From Sphingomicrobium sp. (GTDB lineage: Bacteria; Pseudomonadota; Alphaproteobacteria; Sphingomonadales; Sphingomonadaceae): 64,000 nucleotides of DNA. Both the position numbers and the translations under genes were made by a program. This document shows positions 49,200 to 57,587 of the stretch, one piece after another. Each line of letters begins with the position of its first letter. Positions within the stretch are counted from its first letter, which is position 1. Where the stretch lies: the NCBI GenBank assembly GCA_035576365.1, contig DATLWK010000008.1, positions 28,605 through 92,604 on the forward strand, given 5' to 3'. The notes below the pieces were generated by a model. That model ran no database searches and had not been told where the DNA came from. It saw only the letters and a list, made by a program, of their open reading frames with translations.

Positions 49200-49676
49200 T
49201 CAGCCGCCGCGAGGAAGCGGCTCGGAAATGAAGCCGACACGGGCGAAGCCCGCGCGCTGCATCGTGAAGACGGCGCCGCCGATGCACTTGTAGTGCGTGT
49301 CGATGTCGCCGCGGATGTGGACCTCCGGCATCGTCTCGTCGGTGAGGTTTTCGACCCCTCCGACTCTCTCGATCTCCGTCTCCAGCTTGGTCACTGCCCG
49401 GTCGAGAAGCTCCTGGGCATTCACCTTGGTCAGGTTCCAATAGACCTCGCAGCTGCCGTCGGGACCGTTGCGGACCGACAGGTTCACGTTTTCCGGCTTG
49501 GTCGTCGTCGGTTCGTATTCGACCTTCGGCAGCGACAGCGGAACCGTCTCCAACACGATCGGCACGGCGATCAGGAAGATGATCAGCATGACCAGCATCG
49601 TGTCAGCCAGGGGGATGACGTTGATGTCGGAAATCGCTTCGTCTTCGTCGCCTTCGCCGCCTACTCTCATTCCCAT
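49200..49676 (-). CDS. exbD: ExbD/TolR biopolymer transport protein
   Basis: ISDINVIPLADTMLVMLIIF, IRGD. Confidence 0.92.
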   Translation of the reverse strand: MGMRVGGEGDEDEAISDINVIPLADTMLVMLIIFLIAVPIVLETVPLSLPKVEYEPTTTKPENVNLSVRNGPDGSCEVYWNLTKVNAQELLDRAVTKLETEIERVGGVENLTDETMPEVHIRGDIDTHYKCIGGAVFTMQRAGFARVGFISEPLPRGG

Positions 49677-49753
49677 TGCAACTGCACCTTTAATCTATGG
49701 GCCTGTCCGACGGCCGGGATCGGGTCCACCCCGCCCGGCCGTCCATGTCCGCT

Positions 49754-50563
49754 TTAGGCCGTCGGCGTCTCGGCGCCGGTACGAGCGGGCTCGCCGGGCC
49801 GCTGCGTCGGAGTCGTGCCGGTCCTCGGCTGCGAACCGGTCTTGGCCGCCGCGCCGGCGGCGAAGAGCGGCTTCACACGACCCTCGGACATGATGAAGCC
49901 GTGGATGTCGTTGGTGAAGGCCGCAAGGTCCTCCATGATCGCCTTGTTGCGGCGGATCAGCCAGTTGTAGGCAAGCACGGCCGGAACCGCGACGACCAGA
50001 CCGAGAGCGGTCATGATCAGCGCCTCACCGACCGGGCCGGCGACGGCGTCGATCGACGCCTGGCCGGCCGCGCCGATCTTGATCAGAGCGCGATAGATGC
50101 CGACGACGGTGCCGAACAGGCCGATGAACGGAGCCGTCGACCCGACCGTGGCGAGGAAGGCGAGGCCCTCCGCCAGACGCGAGCCGATCGCGCCCTGGCT
50201 GCGTGCCAGGCTGTTCGTCATCCAGTCATGCTGATCGATCGGATCGGTCAGCTTGCCGTGCTGATCCTGCGCGACCAGTGCGTCCTCGACGATGGCGCGG
50301 TAGGCGCTGCGCTGCTCAAGCTTGTTGGCAGCCTCGCGCAGGTTCGGCGAGTTCCAGAAGCTCGCCCGGACCTTGCGGCCCTGGCTGATGATCTTCTGCT
50401 GCTGCATCAGCTTGGTGAACAGGATGTAGAAGGAGATGATCGACATCATCACGAGGATGATGAACGTCGTCCAGGCGATGATTCCGCCTTGCTGAAGGGC
50501 GGGCAACAGGCCGTAGGGGTTTTCGCCGCCGTGAGCCGCGGCTGCGGTCAGGAGATGGAGCAT
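49754..50563 (-). CDS. exbB: ExbB/TolQ/MotA proton channel protein
   Basis: LATVGSTAPFIGLFGTV, EALIMTALGLVVAVPA. Confidence 0.93.
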   Translation of the reverse strand: MLHLLTAAAAHGGENPYGLLPALQQGGIIAWTTFIILVMMSIISFYILFTKLMQQQKIISQGRKVRASFWNSPNLREAANKLEQRSAYRAIVEDALVAQDQHGKLTDPIDQHDWMTNSLARSQGAIGSRLAEGLAFLATVGSTAPFIGLFGTVVGIYRALIKIGAAGQASIDAVAGPVGEALIMTALGLVVAVPAVLAYNWLIRRNKAIMEDLAAFTNDIHGFIMSEGRVKPLFAAGAAAKTGSQPRTGTTPTQRPGEPARTGAETPTA

Positions 50564-50605
50564 GTTCTCTACTTTCCTCTCAAAAAACTTTGAACCTCGG
50601 CGCTG

Positions 50606-51277
50606 CTATTGAAGACGCCAGACGATATTTTGGGTGACTGTGTCGGTGGTCGGATTGCCGTTGCTGTCACGCGCCGGCGTGAACCGCGCCCGGCTCTGCA
50701 GAATGCGGCACGTCGTGCTGTCGAGTGTTCGCGAGCCGCTTGAGCGGGTCACGTCGCATCCCGACACGCGGCCGTTGGTCCCGACGGTCAGCCGCACGGC
50801 CACCGTCCCCTGCTCATCCCGTTCGATTGCCGACTGCGGATAGTCGTCGTTGCGGAACAGGCCCTGCAGGTTGCCGACGGCGCTCCGAGCCTCGACCTGC
50901 TTGACCGGCGGCGGTGGCGGCGGCGGAGCGGGCGGAGCCGGCGGAGCGGGCGGAGCAATCGGCGTCACGACCGGCGGGGGAGCCACGGGCGCAGTGGTGA
51001 CCTGCGGCGGCGAAATGTTGGTGCGGACGATCGGCGGCGGAGCGACCACCGGCGGCGGCACGTCAGGAATCTTCTCCGGCGGGGGCGGCGGTTTCTCCTC
51101 GGGGGGAGGCGGCTCTTCTTCAACGTCGAATGTTTTCAGGTCTTCGGCAGCCTTCTTGATGACGTTGTAGGCCAATCCAGTGACGATGCCGTAACCGAGT
51201 ATCGCATGCAGGATGGCGACGATAATGATCGCCACCGTCCGGTTGCCGCTCATTTCCTTACGTTGGGCGTAGGCCAT
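50606..51277 (-). CDS. tonB: TonB energy transducer
   Basis: TM anchor with His, Pro-rich linker, YPQSA..GTVAVRLTVGTNGRV C-terminal domain. Confidence 0.93.
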   Translation of the reverse strand: MAYAQRKEMSGNRTVAIIIVAILHAILGYGIVTGLAYNVIKKAAEDLKTFDVEEEPPPPEEKPPPPPEKIPDVPPPVVAPPPIVRTNISPPQVTTAPVAPPPVVTPIAPPAPPAPPAPPPPPPPVKQVEARSAVGNLQGLFRNDDYPQSAIERDEQGTVAVRLTVGTNGRVSGCDVTRSSGSRTLDSTTCRILQSRARFTPARDSNGNPTTDTVTQNIVWRLQ

Positions 51278-51405
51278 TAACCCGCAATTCTCCTCGACAC
51301 GCCGTGGAGAGTGCCACGGCCAGACCGGGCGTTCAGGCGCGCGCCCTGCCCTGCTGATTGGCGCGACCGATGTATCAACATATCATCGGCCGCAAGCGCG
51401 CCTCC

Positions 51406-51420
51406 TTATCGCTGCGATAA
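51406..51420. promoter_or_regulatory. perfect 7-1-7 palindrome upstream of the tonB operon
   Basis: TTATCGC-T-GCGATAA. Confidence 0.45.
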
Positions 51421-51462
51421 TTGCGGTGCAATGCATTTTGTTCCTGCCGCGCAAGCAGTCGC

Positions 51463-51888
51463 TTATTCAGCGGGGTGGCAACCGGTGAACGAAGCGATTT
51501 CGACGCCGACTCCGGCGGCGTCCGCATAGATGTCGGGCTTGGTCGTCGCGACGCGCAGTGCCCGGACGCCGCGCATGGCAGCGACCCGGTCAAAGATGGC
51601 GTTCGCAAGGGTCTCCTGCAAATTGTATCGCCGCTCGGTGGCGAGCCGTTCCACCTGCTCGCGAAGGAAATCATAGTCCCAAGCCCGCGCGGGGTCGTCA
51701 TCCGGTGGTGGCGCGAGGTCCTCGAGCCAGATTTCCACCGTGACCAGCAGGCGCTGGGGCTGCCCGACCTCATAATCGTGGAAGCCGATGTCGGCCCGGA
51801 CCTCGAGGCGGTCGAGCAGGATTCGGCTCGACGCCACGCGCAAATGCTGCGGAATGAGCCCCAGCAGCTTGGGAAGATCGCCACTCAC
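51463..51888 (-). CDS. folB: dihydroneopterin aldolase
   Basis: IGFHDYE..PQRLLV, WDYD, NLQETLA, TKPDIY. Confidence 0.88.
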   Translation of the reverse strand: MSGDLPKLLGLIPQHLRVASSRILLDRLEVRADIGFHDYEVGQPQRLLVTVEIWLEDLAPPPDDDPARAWDYDFLREQVERLATERRYNLQETLANAIFDRVAAMRGVRALRVATTKPDIYADAAGVGVEIASFTGCHPAE

Positions 51889-52628
51889 GCCGCACCGCCT
51901 CCGAACTGGACGTCGCGTTCCAGCGACCAGAATCGCTGGCCGGCGTCGATGGTGAGGACCTGACCGGTGATGGCGGGCGCATCGGCGAGAAACCGGATGG
52001 CCTCGACGACATGGTTCGGCTCGACTCCGCGGCCAAGTGGATTGTGCGAGTGCATTCGGGCGAAATTCTCCTCGGTCTGGCCGGCGGACCGCAGCATCAG
52101 GGCCGGAGCGATGCCATTGACTCGGATGCCCTGGCCGGCGAGCGCCCGGGCCGCAAGTTCGGTCAGCCCCGCCAGGGCCTGTTTCGACAGCGTATAGCTC
52201 AGGAAATCGGGATTGGGGCTCGAAACCTTCGAATCGAGGAGGTTGATGACCAGCGCATCGCCGCCCCGGCGATGGCGCCGGCGGAGTTCCTCGATAAGCA
52301 GCAACGCCGACCGCACGTTCACCGCCATGTGCTGCTCGAATTCCGCGGCGTCAAAGCTGCCGAACCCGTCCCAGGCGAAGCGGGCGGCGTTGTTGACGAG
52401 CAACCGCACCGCCGGAAGCCCATTGGCAGCAGCGAAGATCCGTTCGGCACAGTCGCGATCGGCAAGGTCCGCCACCGCCTTGGCGGCGCCCTCCGGAACC
52501 TGGTCTTCCGCGCGACGAACGTGGGCAAGGACAGTCCAGCCGTCGGCCAACAGTGAAGCGGCGATGGCGCGCCCGACGCGCTTCGCGGCGCCCGTGACGA
52601 TCGCGGTCCTTCCCTCGACTTCACCCAT
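51885..52628 (-). CDS. SDR oxidoreductase, pteridine reductase/FolM-like
   Basis: TGAAKRVG, LVNNAA, YTLSK, RVNGIAP; coupled to folB. Confidence 0.85.
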   Translation of the reverse strand: MGEVEGRTAIVTGAAKRVGRAIAASLLADGWTVLAHVRRAEDQVPEGAAKAVADLADRDCAERIFAAANGLPAVRLLVNNAARFAWDGFGSFDAAEFEQHMAVNVRSALLLIEELRRRHRRGGDALVINLLDSKVSSPNPDFLSYTLSKQALAGLTELAARALAGQGIRVNGIAPALMLRSAGQTEENFARMHSHNPLGRGVEPNHVVEAIRFLADAPAITGQVLTIDAGQRFWSLERDVQFGGGAA

Positions 52629-52667
52629 GCCGGTGCAGTGACGGAGCATGATTGAGCACGCAAGGCC

Positions 52668-52694
52668 GGATTGCTTCGCATCGTCGGCGATGAC
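52668..52694. repeat. half REP/RPE-like element
   Basis: GGATTGCTTCGC..CGATGAC, same core as 37244-37309. Confidence 0.5.
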
Positions 52695-52705
52695 AGAGAG
52701 GCGCG

Positions 52706-53272
52706 ATGCCCGAAACGCGGCCACCCATCGAGCTTTCAGGCCTGAGCCTGGCTGAGCTGGAGAAACTGATCGGCGACCGCCGGACGCCGCCCGTGGACAA
52801 GTGGGACCCTCCCGATTGCGGACACAGCGGGATGCGCATTGCCCGCGACGGCACCTGGTATCACGAGGGTCGGCCCATCCTCCGGCCGGCCATGGTCCGG
52901 CTGTTCTCGTCCGTGCTCCGCCGAGATGCCGACGGGCGGCACATGCTGGTCACCCCGGTCGAAAAGCTCGAGATCGATGTCGAGCGCTGCGCCTTTCGGG
53001 CGGTCGGGATGGAAACCGAAGGAGCGGGTCCCGCGCGCACGATCGCCATGACGCTGGACGTCGGGGACGCCTTGATCGTGGGCCCCGACCATCCGCTGAA
53101 ACTCGTTCCAGACGATGACGGGCCAAGGCCCCGGGTCGAGGTCCGCCACGGGCTCGAGGCGGAGCTTGCCAGCCCCGTTTATTACGAGCTTGCCGAGATT
53201 GCTCTGGCGGAGGGCGAGCAGCCGCCCGGCGTTTGGAGCTGCGGAGCCTTCTTCCCGCTTGTCCTCGCATGA
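52706..53272 (+). CDS. DUF1285-like protein
   Basis: PPVDKWDPP.CG..MRIARDGTWYHEG.PI.RPAMVRLF, LVTPVEK. Confidence 0.88.
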   Translation: MPETRPPIELSGLSLAELEKLIGDRRTPPVDKWDPPDCGHSGMRIARDGTWYHEGRPILRPAMVRLFSSVLRRDADGRHMLVTPVEKLEIDVERCAFRAVGMETEGAGPARTIAMTLDVGDALIVGPDHPLKLVPDDDGPRPRVEVRHGLEAELASPVYYELAEIALAEGEQPPGVWSCGAFFPLVLA

Positions 53273-53850
53273 CACTTGCCGACCGTTTGCGCAGCAGCCT
53301 TGCTTGTCCGGCGCCAGGCGGGCTTCTTGCTGGCGATCTCGGCGACGGCGAAGGCGCGTCCGAAAAACCTGCGGCCGTGCTCGTCGCGATCACCGACCGG
53401 CCCGAGCCAGGAGTGATCCTTACCGTTCGCCGCGACCACATGCGAACCCATGCCGGGCAAATCGCCTTTCCGGGGGGGCGGGTCGACCCGGGCGAGGATC
53501 CGACCGAAGCCGCGATTCGCGAAGCCTGGGAGGAGCTTGGGCTCGATCCCGCCGCAGTCGATGTCATCGGCGAGCTCGACCCATATAGGACGATCACCGG
53601 CTATGCCGTGACTCCGGTCCTGGCAGTGGTTCCTCCGGACCTGCCGCTCGTCGCGCACGACCAGGAAGTCGCAGACTGGTTCGAAGCGCCGCTCGATATT
53701 GTCCTCGACCCGGCGCACCAACTTCGCGAGGCCGTGCTGTTCGAGGGCCGAAAGCGACATTATTACCGGATCGACTGGAACGGACGGCGAATCTGGGGGG
53801 CGACGGCAGCGATGCTGGTCAATCTGTCGCGAAGGCTCGGTTGGACGTGA
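53269..53850 (+). CDS. CoA pyrophosphatase (Nudix, NudL family)
   Basis: HAGQIAFPGG, AAIREAWEELG, IWGATA. Confidence 0.92.
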   Translation: MTLADRLRSSLACPAPGGLLAGDLGDGEGASEKPAAVLVAITDRPEPGVILTVRRDHMRTHAGQIAFPGGRVDPGEDPTEAAIREAWEELGLDPAAVDVIGELDPYRTITGYAVTPVLAVVPPDLPLVAHDQEVADWFEAPLDIVLDPAHQLREAVLFEGRKRHYYRIDWNGRRIWGATAAMLVNLSRRLGWT

Positions 53851-55034
53851 GGCTGAACGCTGCTCGCTGGCGCCGCCGCCGCGGAATGAGCCGCCTGCTG
53901 GACGCGCTTCAGGCCGACGAAGGGATGACCCGCTATGTCGGCGGGGCGGTCCGCGACGAGCTGCTCGGACTGTCGGTCAGCGACGTCGATCTCGCGACCA
54001 GGCTGCGCCCCGACGAGGTGGTCGAGCGTCTGGAGGCCGCCGGCATCAAGGCCGTGCCGACCGGGATCGACCATGGCACGGTCACTGCCGTCAGCGACGG
54101 CCAGCCGGTCGAGGTCACGTCGCTTCGCCGGGACGTTTCGACCGACGGCCGGCGGGCGACGATTGCCTACACCGACGATTGGCAGGAAGACGCAGCCCGC
54201 CGGGATTTCACCATCAACGCGCTGATGGCCGACCCGCAGACGGGCGAAATCCACGATTATTTCGACGGCATCGCCGATCTTGGCGCTCGGCGCGTTCGGT
54301 TCATCGGCGAGCCGCTGGCGAGGATCGCGGAGGACCATCTTCGCATCCTTCGTTTCTTCCGGTTCCACGCGCGCTTCGGAGAGGGTGAACCCGATGCCGC
54401 TGCGCTTGCTGCCTGTGCCGAGCGCGCCAACAGCCTGATGGCGCTGTCACGCGAACGGATTGCCGACGAACTCATCAAATTGCTCGCCGTCGATGACCCG
54501 GCGCCGACCGTGGCGACCATGATCGAGCATGCGATCCTCGGGCCGGTCCTGCCTGAAGTCGGCCGCGACGGGTTGGAACGCCTGACGGGCGTGGTCGCGG
54601 CAGAGCGGCAGGCCGAGATCGACGCGGACCCGCTGCGCCGGCTTGCCGCACTGCTTCCGCCCGACCCGCCGCTGGCGGAAAGACTCGCGGCGCGGCTCAA
54701 ACTGTCCAACAAGGCCAGGAAGCGCCTCGCCTGCAGCGCCGAGCGGCACCTCGGCAGCTCCCCACAAGCGCTCGCCTACAGGGTCGGCGTGGAATGCGCG
54801 ATCGACCGACTGTTGATCGCCGGCAAGGCAGAGGCCGCGATGGCGCTGCGGGGGTGGCGAGTGCCGCGAATGCCGATCGGCGGCGGCACGCTCATCGAGC
54901 GCGGCCTGGCGCCGGGGCCCGTCGTCGCCCGGACGCTGCGGCTCATCGAGGAGCGTTGGGTCGATGCGGGATTCCCGACGGGGCCGGCTTTCGACCGGCT
55001 GGTCGATGACGCCGTGGGACCCGGCGGCCAGTGA
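53847..55034 (+). CDS. cca: CCA tRNA nucleotidyltransferase
   Basis: VGGAVRD, DVDLAT, DAARRDFTINAL, EDHLRILRFFRF. Confidence 0.92.
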   Translation: MRLNAARWRRRRGMSRLLDALQADEGMTRYVGGAVRDELLGLSVSDVDLATRLRPDEVVERLEAAGIKAVPTGIDHGTVTAVSDGQPVEVTSLRRDVSTDGRRATIAYTDDWQEDAARRDFTINALMADPQTGEIHDYFDGIADLGARRVRFIGEPLARIAEDHLRILRFFRFHARFGEGEPDAAALAACAERANSLMALSRERIADELIKLLAVDDPAPTVATMIEHAILGPVLPEVGRDGLERLTGVVAAERQAEIDADPLRRLAALLPPDPPLAERLAARLKLSNKARKRLACSAERHLGSSPQALAYRVGVECAIDRLLIAGKAEAAMALRGWRVPRMPIGGGTLIERGLAPGPVVARTLRLIEERWVDAGFPTGPAFDRLVDDAVGPGGQ

Positions 55035-55142
55035 ATCCGGCCGGTCTTTGCCGCTTTGACAGCGTGACGCCGTCCCGGTTGGTTAACCGAAAGGTGACCA
55101 TGTCCGGATATCACTGCTTCGGGTGGCGAGGGACAGCGAACT

Positions 55143-55655
55143 TTGAGGCAATTGGCAAAGGCATTGACCGCAGCGTCCGCGGCGGGGTTCGCCCTCTCGC
55201 CGTTGCCGGCGGCTGCACAGTCGACCGCCAACGCCACCGTCCAGGCGACCATCGCCAAGCCGCTGATCCTCACCTGGGTTCAGGATTTCGACCTCGGCAC
55301 GATCATGCTCGGCAACGGAGCATGGTCGACGTCGACCGTTACGCTGACACGCAACGGGCTGTTCACGTGCGGAGCCAATCTCACCTGCACCGGCCAGAGG
55401 CAGGTCGCGATCTACAATGTCTCCGGAACCAACAGGCAGGTGGTGCGGATCAACGCGCCGAACGTTACTTTGGTGAACCAGGCCAACCCCGCCAGCAAGC
55501 TGACGCTGATCGTCGACACCGTCAGCAGCGTCACCTTGACCAACTCCGGCGCACCCGGCACCAATTTCTCGCTGGGCGGCTCGATCACCTTCAGCTCGGC
55601 GACCGAAGGCGGCACCTACCTTGGCATGTTCAACGTCACCGTCGACTATCAATAA
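55143..55655 (+). CDS. DUF4402-like exported beta protein
   Basis: Signal peptide; PLILTWVQDFDLGTI, GTYLGMFNVTVDYQ C-terminus. Confidence 0.8.
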   Translation: MRQLAKALTAASAAGFALSPLPAAAQSTANATVQATIAKPLILTWVQDFDLGTIMLGNGAWSTSTVTLTRNGLFTCGANLTCTGQRQVAIYNVSGTNRQVVRINAPNVTLVNQANPASKLTLIVDTVSSVTLTNSGAPGTNFSLGGSITFSSATEGGTYLGMFNVTVDYQ

Positions 55656-55742
55656 GCCCGTGGCTGGCGCTGTTCCCCTACGGAAAACAGCGATTTAGGT
55701 CGATCGTGCGACGCATGCTACTTTGCCTTGCGCAGGGGGTGT

Positions 55743-55934
55743 ATGCGTTCCTATCGCCTTTACCGGCTCGATGGTTCGGGACAGATCGAATCGGCGACGG
55801 TGATCGACGCGGCCGACGACGAGGATGCCGCAGCTCAGGCGAGGGCGCTTCTTGGCCGCCGCCGCGGGGAATTGTGGCACGGGCGGCGGATGATCGGCAC
55901 CTTCCCGTCGCATTCCCCCACCAGCACCGACTAG
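55743..55934 (+). CDS. small hypothetical protein
   Basis: MRSYRLYRLDGSGQIESATVIDAADDEDA..ELWHGRRMIG; RBS AGGGGG. Confidence 0.65.
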   Translation: MRSYRLYRLDGSGQIESATVIDAADDEDAAAQARALLGRRRGELWHGRRMIGTFPSHSPTSTD

Positions 55935-56131
55935 CTCTCGAAGTAGCGCTGGCCCCGCGCCTTCATCGCGGCTTCGAGCAAGCGCTCCGAAGTCTCCTCG
56001 GCAGCGCCGGGCGTGAAACGCACGTCAATGCCGGCCGGCCCGATCAGGCGGACCGTGCCGTTTTCGGCTTCGACAATGCTGGGTTCGTCGTGAATGGCCT
56101 GGTTCTGCATGGCTCTGATGATGCTGCTCAT
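55931..56131 (-). CDS. small hypothetical protein
   Basis: HDEPSIVEAENGTVRLIGPAGIDVRFTPGAAEETSERLLEAA; start uncertain. Confidence 0.6.
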   Translation of the reverse strand: MSSIIRAMQNQAIHDEPSIVEAENGTVRLIGPAGIDVRFTPGAAEETSERLLEAAMKARGQRYFES

Positions 56132-56257
56132 GGGGCGGCCGTCGAGAATGACCGTCAGGAAGCGCAAACGATTCGCCAAATCCGGCCGTTGCCCTTGTTG
56201 CGCGAGTGGAGCGACGAACGACGCCCTTGGAGTGGACGCACCGATCCCGATTAGCGC

Positions 56258-56527
56258 TTAGAACAGACTGTCGGACGTGAACTGGGCCCCGGCGCTGCCC
56301 TCGAGCGCCCAGCGCACCTGGGCGTCGATCGACCCGACCCGTGGCACGGCGATGCGGACTCGCTCGCCAATCCGGAACATCTCGCCGGATTCGATCCTGC
56401 AGCCCTCGTAGGAGAGGTTGGCGAGGGTGACGTTCACCTTGTCGCCGTCAGTGCGGTGCACGACGGCGTCGATTCGAGCGTCCTGGCGGTCGTTTCGCGA
56501 CACCCAGCCGTTCATGCGTTGCTGCAT
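56258..56527 (-). CDS. single-domain PilZ protein
   Basis: RNDRQ (RxxR-like), NLSYEGC (D/NxSxxG), VRW...AGAQF. Confidence 0.85.
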   Translation of the reverse strand: MQQRMNGWVSRNDRQDARIDAVVHRTDGDKVNVTLANLSYEGCRIESGEMFRIGERVRIAVPRVGSIDAQVRWALEGSAGAQFTSDSLF

Positions 56528-56642
56528 TGCAATACCCCACGACTAGCCGCAGTCGCTGGGGACGATAGCTACGCCCGGGTAAAAAGAGGATTAATCAGGA
56601 ACGCGCGCCGCGAGCCATTTTGCCGGCGGCGCGCTCTCCAGG

Positions 56643-56951
56643 TCAGTTGGCGCGGAACAGAATCTCGCCGCGGCGCGAGACCAGCAGCTTCTTGAACGTC
56701 ACCGGGTGGAAATAGGCTTCGACCCGATTGCCGTCGGGGTCGGTGCCGTAGACTTCGTAGCAGCCGCCGTCGACTTTGGACTTGCGGATTTCCCAGCCGT
56801 CCTTCTTCAGCTGCGCCTCGAGCGCGGGAATACCCTTCCACTGCGCCTGCGGCGCGTCGCAGGTCATCTTGCCGGTCGCGGAGGCGGGAGCCGTGGCGGC
56901 GGCGGCGATGCCGGCCGCGGCCATGGCGAGCGTGAGAAGGCGTAAGGTCAT
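56643..56951 (-). CDS. PepSY domain exported protein
   Basis: Signal peptide; TCDAP..QW..KVDGGCYEVYG..EAYFHP. Confidence 0.85.
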   Translation of the reverse strand: MTLRLLTLAMAAAGIAAAATAPASATGKMTCDAPQAQWKGIPALEAQLKKDGWEIRKSKVDGGCYEVYGTDPDGNRVEAYFHPVTFKKLLVSRRGEILFRAN

Positions 56952-57544
56952 GCGATTTTCCTTTCTGCAGGGATGAGGGTGAAGATGCGCGCCAGCCGGG
57001 CGATCTGGAGCAGGGCGAGCGGCAGGAAATGGAGGATGGCCTCGACCATTCCGTCGTGGACGAGCACCCAGTGGATGAGGGTCAGAACCGCCGCCGGGTG
57101 GGCCAAACGTTGAAGCCGCTTCCACGCGCCCCTGAGCGCCCGCACCGCCGCGTCATTGCTGGTCAGCGCCGGCGGCAGCAGGAACAGAAGCGCAAGCCAG
57201 CCGGTCCAGATTGACGGCGCCCCGAGCTCGGCCAGCATGTTGGCCAGGGTCTTCATGTCGAGGACGTAGAAGGCGAGATGGAGCAGGGCATAGGCAAACG
57301 CTGCGACGCCGATGGCCCGCCGGTGGCGGACCAACCACCGCACCGCCGAGCTTCGCGGCAGCAGCTGCTGTAGCGGAGTGAGCATCAACGCGGCGATGAT
57401 CAGCCGCGCCGACCATTCGCCCGTCGCCGGCAGAAAGTCGCCCGGCCACAGGTCCGGCGAGGTCCAGTGTTCGTGGAGGATCAGGGCCGCCGGCACCGCG
57501 AGCAGGGCCCACAGCGCAAGCTTGCCCGCATGACGCGGAACCAT
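56948..57544 (-). CDS. ferric reductase-like / MsrQ-type heme b membrane protein
   Basis: TGEWS..LTP, RRAIGV..YALLH, LTSND, WKRLQRLAH..LTLIHW. Confidence 0.88.
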   Translation of the reverse strand: MVPRHAGKLALWALLAVPAALILHEHWTSPDLWPGDFLPATGEWSARLIIAALMLTPLQQLLPRSSAVRWLVRHRRAIGVAAFAYALLHLAFYVLDMKTLANMLAELGAPSIWTGWLALLFLLPPALTSNDAAVRALRGAWKRLQRLAHPAAVLTLIHWVLVHDGMVEAILHFLPLALLQIARLARIFTLIPAERKIA

Positions 57545-57587
57545 GCGCCCGCCATAGCTTATTGCGAGCGATTCGCAACAGTGAACG

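Noticed and set aside
50930-51110. GGCGGAGCG-type short repeats
   Set aside because: Encode the TonB proline-rich linker; not CRISPR or VNTR
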